Made by a program: the position numbers and the translations under genes. The notes below the pieces were generated by a model. It did no database searches. It was not told the origin of the DNA and saw only the letters and a program-made list of their open reading frames with translations. DNA of 13,820 bases, taken from positions 69,543 to 83,362 of IMG/VR virus record IMGVR_UViG_3300034105_001678. One strand, 5' to 3'. Origin of the DNA: a virus. Taxonomy: Duplodnaviria > Heunggongvirae > Uroviricota > Caudoviricetes. Shown here piece after piece: positions 1 to 6,962 of the stretch (position 1 is its first letter; each line of letters starts with the position of its first letter).

Positions 1-1634
1 AAAAATTGTCGAACATCATTATTATCGGCCGAAGATGGTGTTTTATCTATTGGTTGGTAATTACCTTCTACCCAAAGTTTTTTGTAATTAAACTTAACAT
101 ATCCTAAATAAGGTATTGTTTTGTCAACAGGTTCCGTGATTGTTGTTAAATTTTTGACTCCATACATATATTCAAGTTTGGTGTTTATACCAATATTAGT
201 CCCTAAAATATTATCATTCATATATACTAACGTTCCACCACTTACCGAAATACCTCCAATATTATCAGTTCTAAAGACATTAGTCGATACCGTTGTTATA
301 TTGAATGCGTCGTTCAATTCTTTAAAATAAAAATCAAAATATAAATTGTTACGTTTATATCCAAATCTATATGTTTGTGCATTTTCTTGTTTTAAATTGG
401 GGTTTGGTAATTGTGTACCTCGACCATTTGTCATTGCTTGTTTAATCATCGGATAACTTGGTGCGTTTAGAGAATTATCATAACTTACAAATAATCCCTT
501 ATATCCGATAATTGTAGAATATTCTACACCATTGAATGGGTCTACATCGGTTATTTGTACATTTTTAAACCCAAAACTTGTATAGAGTTTTAATTTCCCA
601 AAATCATTTTTCCAACGGATACCTTGTTTTGTTGTTTTATAATCATCATTAAAAATACCGTTAACCAAACCATTTTCGTATCTAATTTTTTCGATGGTAT
701 TAGTTGAATATAAAGTAAATGAATATGGTAGATGATATTCTAAATTTGCGGTATACACATCTAAACGAGTGATTACTTTTTTAGTTCCATCCAAAATATT
801 TTCCGCATTATTTTGATAACCGAGATTTACATATAATCTATTAAAATACATTTTGTGATTAAGAAACAGATATCTTTGTAATTCCCACGTATAGACTGTC
901 GGTTTTTGATATCCAGCACTTCTTAAACCTCCATTCCATTTGTCGGTTCTTTCTAAATCATTTGATTGTGAAAATATAATAGTTGTTTTTTGTGATGGTG
1001 ACCAGATTGCTTCCGAAACTAATGCTTTTTGATTGTACCTACTGTGTTGAAACGTACTATCGGGTGATTTAACGTTACCATAATCGATATTGTTAAATCC
1101 AACACCAAATTTTTTACCTTTGTACGATACAGATTGACTAAACCCATCAACCCCACCTATATAATTTAGTCCAATATGTGATGATTGTACACCGACACTT
1201 CTTTCAATTGTACCTCCGATATTACCACCATCGGTAATTGAAATTAGTTTTGTAAATTCTAACGGAACCCACCCAAAATATTGATTTGGGCCGGTTCTAA
1301 ATAAACCATTATTAACTCTAATACCGTTAATGGATTGATCAACTTGGTTACCGGTAAACACACCGATATATGGACTTAATTGTCCAGGACTTGTTTCTTG
1401 TATACGTGCGGAATTTACGTATATTTTTGGATCTTTTATTACTTGTTGTATTTGATAATTGGTACCACTTACAACAACAACTTCTTTTAATTCTTTAGCA
1501 GTTGTGTCCCTTTGAACTTTTTTAGGTTGTTCTGAACCTTTCTGAACTGTACTACTACTATATTGACCATATGACAACGTTGTAGTAAACAATGATGCTA
1601 ACATTAGCGATAGCATTGTGATTGTTTTTCTCAT
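1..1634 (-). CDS. TonB-dependent outer-membrane receptor, compact, 3'-truncated by the window edge (>=544 aa); not in the supplied ORF track
   Basis: Manually translated from ATG at 1634 with no in-frame stop to the edge. Signal peptide MRKTITMLSLMLASLFTTTLSYG-Q; TonB-box-like DTTAKELKEVVVVSG (aa 43-57); plug QETSPGQLSPYIGVFTGNQVDQSINGIRVNNGLFRTGPNQY...IGG (to about aa 145); aromatic-rich amphipathic beta strands; barrel loop LNAPS...PNPNLKQE (aa 389-417), corresponding to the FRAP/NPNL motifs. Confidence 0.88.
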   Translation of the reverse strand, partial: MRKTITMLSLMLASLFTTTLSYGQYSSSTVQKGSEQPKKVQRDTTAKELKEVVVVSGTNYQIQQVIKDPKIYVNSARIQETSPGQLSPYIGVFTGNQVDQSINGIRVNNGLFRTGPNQYFGWVPLEFTKLISITDGGNIGGTIERSVGVQSSHIGLNYIGGVDGFSQSVSYKGKKFGVGFNNIDYGNVKSPDSTFQHSRYNQKALVSEAIWSPSQKTTIIFSQSNDLERTDKWNGGLRSAGYQKPTVYTWELQRYLFLNHKMYFNRLYVNLGYQNNAENILDGTKKVITRLDVYTANLEYHLPYSFTLYSTNTIEKIRYENGLVNGIFNDDYKTTKQGIRWKNDFGKLKLYTSFGFKNVQITDVDPFNGVEYSTIIGYKGLFVSYDNSLNAPSYPMIKQAMTNGRGTQLPNPNLKQENAQTYRFGYKRNNLYFDFYFKELNDAFNITTVSTNVFRTDNIGGISVSGGTLVYMNDNILGTNIGINTKLEYMYGVKNLTTITEPVDKTIPYLGYVKFNYKKLWVEGNYQPIDKTPSSADNNDVRQF

Positions 1635-1657
1635 TTGTTTTTTGTTTAAGAAAAGTT

Positions 1658-1674
1658 TATTATTGATAATAATA
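1658..1674. promoter_or_regulatory. 7-3-7 inverted repeat TATTATT-GAT-AATAATA upstream of the TBDR, abutting or overlapping a TATATT -10-like hexamer (minus strand, 1671-1676); possible metal-responsive (Fur-like) operator
   Basis: Perfect 7-bp arms containing the Fur half-site TGATAAT (1664-1670), in the 70-nt gap before the TBDR. The AT-rich context makes a chance match plausible. Confidence 0.3.
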
Positions 1675-1704
1675 TAAACAAAAATGACGATAAAACAAAG
1701 GAAT

Positions 1705-1914
1705 TTACTTTTTAAATCCTAGTTTTTCCCAAACAATTTTGAATGGACAAACACCTGTAAGTGCTGCTAAAGGTAATAAAATTGGGGGAGCCCAATGTAA
1801 CCAACTAACATTATCAAATCCCGCTAAACAATTAGCGATAAACACCACAACTCCTACTGATAGGAATGTCATTCTTGCTGATGGTGAGGCGTCACCTAAA
1901 TTAAAAATTCTCAT
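1705..1914 (-). CDS. Small membrane protein, DUF2892/YgaP-like (69 aa)
   Basis: MRIFNLGDASPSARMTFLSVGVVVFIANCLAGFDNVSWLHWAPPILLPLAALTGVCPFKIVWEKLGFKK: two hydrophobic segments ending in the TGxCP...LG signature. The start at 1914 is preferred over 1956 because it forms an ATGA overlap with the upstream stop. Confidence 0.65.
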   Translation of the reverse strand: MRIFNLGDASPSARMTFLSVGVVVFIANCLAGFDNVSWLHWAPPILLPLAALTGVCPFKIVWEKLGFKK

Positions 1915-2243
1915 ATTATATGTTTTAAAATAATCGTTAATGAAATCATTATCCACATTGTGTTAAAAACAATAAGGGTTGGGAGTGATTTCCTCATACT
2001 AGCCCAAATTAAAAGAGATGATGTTAAAAGAGTTAAAAAATGTAACCACCAAATTTCTTTACCAAACACCAAACCTGGTACAATGATTGCAGCTTTAGCC
2101 ATCCAAGCCGAACATTCAATTGTGTTGTAGTTTGTCCAATATTCTTTATCGGTGTACATTAAAATTTTATTCCAAATCTTTTTGTATCCAATTAGTCCAA
2201 ACAATAGACTAATAAATGTGAAATATGTTAAGATGTATATCAT
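1911..2243 (-). CDS. Hypothetical multi-pass membrane protein (110 aa; N-terminal TM plus about 3 TM)
   Basis: Hydrophobic segments separated by short charged loops (YWTNYNTIE, RKSLPTL). ATGA overlaps at both ends (2240-2243 and 1911-1914). Confidence 0.8.
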   Translation of the reverse strand: MIYILTYFTFISLLFGLIGYKKIWNKILMYTDKEYWTNYNTIECSAWMAKAAIIVPGLVFGKEIWWLHFLTLLTSSLLIWASMRKSLPTLIVFNTMWIMISLTIILKHII

Positions 2244-2410
2244 TTTATTTTATTTAAAAGTTCTTCTTTAAATTCTTTCTCAGGTTTTTGAAAGTGCATC
2301 CACATTGGTTTTTTACATTGGCAAGTGGATTCAGTTATTCTATTAACCAAATCATTATATTTCTCTTCTAAAAATTGAATACGTTCTTTTAATTCTTTAA
2401 TCTCGTCCAT
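2240..2410 (-). CDS. Small hypothetical protein (56 aa): N-terminal coiled coil, then CQCKKPMWMH
   Basis: ATG at 2410 overlaps the halogenase end by 14 nt, and its TGA overlaps the next ATG. The track start at 2452 is a TTG deep inside the halogenase. Confidence 0.65.
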   Translation of the reverse strand: MDEIKELKERIQFLEEKYNDLVNRITESTCQCKKPMWMHFQKPEKEFKEELLNKIK

Positions 2411-3914
2411 AGAATTTTTTAAGGTATTCATAGTGGTTAGGTAATTGGTCAACTAACAGTTCTGCTTCCTTGCGGATAATCTCCATTTTCATATCACAAA
2501 ACTTATCGTATTTTGGATTTAATTTAAATCTACTATTTTTATAGAACCCCATAGCCCATAACCATTGGAACCAATTAACTCCACCAAATATACGACCTCT
2601 AAACAATTGTTCAGGTGGTTGTATTGACATAATATGTAACTTTTGTTTTAATGTGTCAGGTACAAATGATTTCTCTTTTACGTCTTTCCAAAATTGAGTA
2701 TCGTTCCTATTACATAATAAATAATGTGCCTGAATGAAATCTCTAATATCAATCATCATATCGATGTTATCTTTATTGATTGCATCAATTGTTGATGATG
2801 TGTAGTTAAGATTATTTTTTTCTAATTCCGTTGCTAATGTTGCCATTATACCTTGAAACGTTGAAATACCTGTCGACTCCATTGGTTCCGCAAAACCACC
2901 AGCTAATCCACAAGCAACTACATTTTTAACTGCTACTTTTTCACGAGTACCAATTCTCATATTAATTTTTATAACCTTACCATCGTATCCTCCGTGAAAT
3001 TCTCTATATTCTTTTTCCGCATCCTCATCACTAATATGTTTTGATGAGTACACATACCCAGAACCTATTCTATCGAAGATGGGTGTTTTCCATAACCAAC
3101 CACTATTCATTGTGTAAAGTCTCGAATATGGTTCCATTTCTGATTTCTTATCTTTATATGGGATTGGTGCTGCAATGGCTTTATCACAAAATAATGAATC
3201 ACTAAATGAAATGAATGGTTCATTCATAACTGATTCAATTAATGCACCTTTGAACCCAGAACAATCAATAAACAAATCAGCCGCAAATTTTTGTTGATCC
3301 CATAATTTAATGTCTTGAATATAACCAAAGTCATTTAGTTTAACTTGTTTTAATTGACCCTCAACAAATTTAACACCATTAGGTATACATACTTTATTTT
3401 TAATAACTTCAGCAAATTTAATTGCGTCGAAATTATAACTGTAAACACTCTCAATGTCTTCGTAAGTTGGTAGATAAGTTAAATCATCATCAATTTTTGG
3501 ACAAAGATTATTATCACATAATTTAGAAGATATAAATAACTCATCTAATTTTTTTGAGTCGTCTTTATATTTCGATACAAGGTGTTGTAGTAAGTTTGTG
3601 TTTTTATTAACAAATAATTTAGATTCATTCTCAACACGAACCATATGTTCACCTGTACTAGACCAATTCATAAACTTACCTCCGTACTTATATGTTGCAG
3701 ACGATTCATTCATCCAATCTTCTTCTTTAAGTCCTATAAATTTCATATAAGAATGAAGACTAGCCGTTGAACTTTCACCAACACCAATTGCACCAATTTT
3801 ATTTGAGTGAATTACTGTGATGTCTAATTTTTCTTTAAATACTTTAGACAATAATGCTGCTGTCATTATGCCAGCTGTACCGCCACCAACGATTACAATT
3901 TTTTTAATTTCCAT
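2397..3914 (-). CDS. Flavin-dependent halogenase, tryptophan-halogenase (PrnA/RebH/VirX1-like) family (505 aa)
   Basis: GGGTAG (aa 10-15), IGVGES, catalytic-Lys motif ATYK76xGxKFxNW, FIDCSGF, WxWxIP-type GWLWKTP (aa 272-278), and FxxPxxSxG-type FAEPME346STG. Confidence 0.92.
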   Translation of the reverse strand: MEIKKIVIVGGGTAGIMTAALLSKVFKEKLDITVIHSNKIGAIGVGESSTASLHSYMKFIGLKEEDWMNESSATYKYGGKFMNWSSTGEHMVRVENESKLFVNKNTNLLQHLVSKYKDDSKKLDELFISSKLCDNNLCPKIDDDLTYLPTYEDIESVYSYNFDAIKFAEVIKNKVCIPNGVKFVEGQLKQVKLNDFGYIQDIKLWDQQKFAADLFIDCSGFKGALIESVMNEPFISFSDSLFCDKAIAAPIPYKDKKSEMEPYSRLYTMNSGWLWKTPIFDRIGSGYVYSSKHISDEDAEKEYREFHGGYDGKVIKINMRIGTREKVAVKNVVACGLAGGFAEPMESTGISTFQGIMATLATELEKNNLNYTSSTIDAINKDNIDMMIDIRDFIQAHYLLCNRNDTQFWKDVKEKSFVPDTLKQKLHIMSIQPPEQLFRGRIFGGVNWFQWLWAMGFYKNSRFKLNPKYDKFCDMKMEIIRKEAELLVDQLPNHYEYLKKFYGRD

Positions 3915-3926
3915 AAAATGTTTTTT

Positions 3927-4658
3927 TTAAGCTTCAGGTGCAGGTACTGCGTCGAATCTTGAGTCTCCAGGTATAATTGTTCTTTCCACAGGTAAAACGA
4001 CATTTAAAATATCATCACCTTCCGTATTTTTTAATTGGGTAACATATGATTCCTCTTCAGAAAACATTTGAGCAATTTGTAATTTATAATTCTCATAAGC
4101 CACCAATACTGACGGAACTAATTCCGAAACCGAAACACCTCTTGCATCCGCAATTAAACTTAATGTTGGTGTTGGTGATGTTGGGTCTTCGGTATAATCT
4201 TTAGCTTCACTAACTTGTGAATCCCAAGTTGCTCTTTCTTGTGGGGTCTTATTGATTGATAAAGTTTCAAACTTTTGTTTGTAGTAATCTTTAACCATTC
4301 TTATTCTAACCCAACGAATTGCTTCATATCTATCAGTAACTTCACTATCGACCATTGGTCTCTTGATACGAATACCTTTGTTTGCATCAAAATCTTCATC
4401 GAAGAATTCAGCAGATTGACCTCCTGAATAATTCTTATAAAGTTTGGCACTTTCTTTAGTTGCAATAAAATAAAGAAGTCCATTTATTACTTGTTCATTA
4501 CATAAAACGATACCATATTTTTGAATTAGTCCAGTTGATACTTTTGCTATATCAGGTACTGTGCAGAAATAATAGTTCTCTGCGTATCTTAATTGTTCCA
4601 ACCCACTTATCATTGGATGACCTTCACCCTGTGGTATTCTGTATGCTATGTAGTCCAT
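3927..4658 (-). CDS. Phage tail-fibre-assembly-like protein with a C-terminal DUF4376-like domain (243 aa)
   Basis: The C-terminal ERATWDSQVSEAKDYTEDPTSPTPTLSLIADARGVSVSELV matches the E-x2-TW-x2-Q-x2-EA...TP-x-L-x2-IA-x2-RG pattern of fibre-associated phage proteins. The N-terminal domain was not recognised. Confidence 0.65.
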   Translation of the reverse strand: MDYIAYRIPQGEGHPMISGLEQLRYAENYYFCTVPDIAKVSTGLIQKYGIVLCNEQVINGLLYFIATKESAKLYKNYSGGQSAEFFDEDFDANKGIRIKRPMVDSEVTDRYEAIRWVRIRMVKDYYKQKFETLSINKTPQERATWDSQVSEAKDYTEDPTSPTPTLSLIADARGVSVSELVPSVLVAYENYKLQIAQMFSEEESYVTQLKNTEGDDILNVVLPVERTIIPGDSRFDAVPAPEA

Positions 4659-4659
4659 T

Positions 4660-5313
4660 TTACTCTTGTTTAAAATCTATTTCTTTTCTTTGGTTATTTT
4701 CTAGGAGTTCTTGATCCCCTATCATATCTAAATATTTTACTTGTCCTTTTACTTCGTTTGTAATTTTAGTTGCCTCAACTAACGCTTTCCTAAAATTGGT
4801 ATCACCCATTTGCATTAACGCCTCTAAATTACCAACACCAATACGACCAACTGTTAGTAATTCTAACGCCGCTTGGTTTGCCAACCTTTTAATCCAATAA
4901 TCAGTTTCATATACTTCTTGATTTTCCATCAACTCCTTTACATCAATTTTAGATCTAAACTCTTCTAAAATTTGTTCAAGATACGAAAGTTCCCCTTTGG
5001 TTCTTTCCATACTTCTGTTTCCATTTTCATATCCGATATCTAATTTCTTAATTTCGTGTTGATACAACGCCTTTTGAGCCTCTGAAGTTTCTGATAAAAA
5101 TTTTTCCATCACTAAATTCCTTTCTAAACGATTTTTCTCCATATCCAAACCAATTTGCTCAAGGTTAGTAATTCTAACCTCCATTTCTAATAAAATCTGT
5201 TTGAATTGTCTAAAATTATTGTGTTGAGACCCAACAACGAAATGTTTAATTTGGAATTGACTCATTGAAAAGTTTAAGTCTTTATATTCCAACGGTAATT
5301 TATCTTCTGTCAT
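4660..5313 (-). CDS. Hypothetical coiled-coil protein (217 aa)
   Basis: Long E/K/L-rich heptad segments (aa about 40-130), then YWIKRLANQAALELLTVGRIGVGNLEAL. Its stop lies 1 nt from the next start. Confidence 0.85.
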   Translation of the reverse strand: MTEDKLPLEYKDLNFSMSQFQIKHFVVGSQHNNFRQFKQILLEMEVRITNLEQIGLDMEKNRLERNLVMEKFLSETSEAQKALYQHEIKKLDIGYENGNRSMERTKGELSYLEQILEEFRSKIDVKELMENQEVYETDYWIKRLANQAALELLTVGRIGVGNLEALMQMGDTNFRKALVEATKITNEVKGQVKYLDMIGDQELLENNQRKEIDFKQE

Positions 5314-5330
5314 ATTTCTTTGTTTTTTAT

Positions 5331-5359
5331 AATATAAGTAAATAATTTGACATTGTCAA
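5331..5359 (-). promoter_or_regulatory. sigma70-type promoter TTGACA-N17-TATATT
   Basis: Minus strand: TTGACA at 5359-5354, an exact 17-nt spacer, and TATATT at 5336-5331, 17 nt before the ATG at 5313. It sits in a 53-nt intergenic gap. Confidence 0.65.
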
Positions 5360-5361
5360 AT
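5345..5361. repeat. Perfect 8-1-8 palindrome ATTTGACA-T-TGTCAAAT covering the -35 element
   Basis: Read directly from the sequence. It begins 5 nt after the stop of 5367..6953 and places TTGACA on both strands. Confidence 0.85.
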
Positions 5362-5366
5362 GAATA

Positions 5367-6953
5367 TTAAAATGATGCCCACATTCCTGAACCAGATGAT
5401 GCTGAGCGAGGTGCATCGGTAATTTGAACTATAGTGTCAATATTATAGTTAATTTTATCTGAGTGTGCGTTTTGACCATCGGTACAACTGTAACCACCCG
5501 CAAAATAACCCCAGTTCATTCCCATAAGTCCCGCGTGTTCGTTATTCCATCTTGTTTGTGAACCACTATTGATAGTCCAAGTTGATGTAGTGTTTACGAA
5601 TTTAAATATTCTATTTCCATCAGAAGTGGTACAATAAGTACCACCCCAATTACCCGCTAAATAAAATTTATCTTGTTTTGAATTAACACCCTTTTCCGCT
5701 CCGCTTCCTGGCATACCTAACGCTCCTGGATTACTATTTGTTGATACAGTTGTCCAAACTTCAGTTGAGTGTGGCATTTTATTGGTTACGGTTGTTGAAC
5801 CTCCATACGCTGAAGCAAATTGAAAACTATAGTCTTTATCAAACCAGCCAACAGCGTATTGTCCAACAGGTGCACCTGTTGTAGATGTCCAAGTTTCAGA
5901 TGCAAACAATAATATGTCCATATAAGTGGTACCCTTACCAACTTCAAATCCTTTAGTTCCATAAGATGCTAAAGTATTATATGTTCCACCTTGAGCTGAA
6001 GGTAATGCGGATGGTAAGTAACCAATACCGTGTTGACAAGATGATGGAGAACCTCCAGCACCGTTGGGTCTAGCGGCAATTGCTTGTACTGTATCGGTAG
6101 CAAAGTTTACTCTATCATTTGTTGTGTCACCATTTTGTACATTATGGTAAGTGTATCCATTTGACATTGCACTTGCCCATCCAGCATATTTAATTGCTTT
6201 GTTTAATGAAGATGCCATATATGACCAACTATCTGTTGCATATAATAATCTAAGAATGTTACTATATAAAGTACTGCCAATATAACCACCCCCAACGTAT
6301 CCCCTTACTAAATTTAAATCAAATCTGTATGTGTTTGTTAGAAAGGCAAAAACTGGTCTATCGTTATGTTTAAGAGTTGCTGCCTGTGATTCAATTCTAA
6401 GTGGTTGAACTTCGGTATCTCCAGCCTCACCCACAACAATACAAACAGCATCTGTTGATGCGATTGTTGTTGAAGATGAATTAGTGAAATTTGTCCAAGG
6501 TCCACCAGGTCCATCTGTAGCATACTGTAATGTTAAAGTGTTTCCACTTCTTTGCCATTTAAACCAATAACCTGTTGTAGCAGCACCACCACTACCGATA
6601 GGTGCGTGATATTGTCCAAAGAACGTTGCACTATATCCATTCGGAAATCCAGATGTGTTTAACGCTCCCGCGTAAGGTCCATTACCATCAGCTGAATATC
6701 CATTAAAATCTGTATGATTAACGGTTGGTCCATAAACAAATCCAGTACCTCTATAGTTGTGAGCCCAATATGCAATAATAATAAAATCTTCACCAGCTGC
6801 AAAGGTATAATCATATACAACTGTTGTATATCCACTACCAGAACTAAAAATTGTACTATTAGTGCCTGACAACGTTCCACGTATGTGATAAGTTGATGGT
6901 TGTCTCCAACCTCGTCCTTTGTCAAATAATTCTATATTACCTGTTACTTGCAT
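5367..6953 (-). CDS. Putative virion adhesin: ConA-like beta-sandwich (aa about 17-192) plus a six-bladed Kelch-like beta-propeller (aa about 218-528)
   Basis: YWFKWQRSGNTLTLQYATDGPGGPW resembles the LxRxGxxxxxxxSxDGxxW strand pair of ConA-like domains. The propeller has GYxGGGY...Y/FATD/ETW repeats. Paralogous to the next two genes. Confidence 0.7.
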   Translation of the reverse strand: MQVTGNIELFDKGRGWRQPSTYHIRGTLSGTNSTIFSSGSGYTTVVYDYTFAAGEDFIIIAYWAHNYRGTGFVYGPTVNHTDFNGYSADGNGPYAGALNTSGFPNGYSATFFGQYHAPIGSGGAATTGYWFKWQRSGNTLTLQYATDGPGGPWTNFTNSSSTTIASTDAVCIVVGEAGDTEVQPLRIESQAATLKHNDRPVFAFLTNTYRFDLNLVRGYVGGGYIGSTLYSNILRLLYATDSWSYMASSLNKAIKYAGWASAMSNGYTYHNVQNGDTTNDRVNFATDTVQAIAARPNGAGGSPSSCQHGIGYLPSALPSAQGGTYNTLASYGTKGFEVGKGTTYMDILLFASETWTSTTGAPVGQYAVGWFDKDYSFQFASAYGGSTTVTNKMPHSTEVWTTVSTNSNPGALGMPGSGAEKGVNSKQDKFYLAGNWGGTYCTTSDGNRIFKFVNTTSTWTINSGSQTRWNNEHAGLMGMNWGYFAGGYSCTDGQNAHSDKINYNIDTIVQITDAPRSASSGSGMWASF

Positions 6954-6962
6954 ATTCTATAA

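Noticed and set aside
121-330. 69-aa plus-strand ORF
   Set aside because: Antisense shadow inside the TBDR coding region.
1739-1933. 64-aa plus-strand ORF
   Set aside because: Antisense to the DUF2892-like gene; no motif.
1915-1956. Longer start (1956) for the DUF2892-like ORF
   Set aside because: Would overlap the upstream gene by 46 nt; the ATG at 1914 gives a clean ATGA coupling.
2411-2452. TTG start at 2452 for the small ORF
   Set aside because: Lies inside the halogenase; the ATG at 2410 is more parsimonious.
4301-4483. 60-aa same-strand alternative-frame ORF
   Set aside because: Nested within 3927..4658; no independent support.
6338-6925. 61-aa and 88-aa alternative-frame ORFs (6338..6523, 6659..6925)
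   Set aside because: Nested in the 528-aa gene; no motifs and no slippery site noticed to suggest frameshift products.
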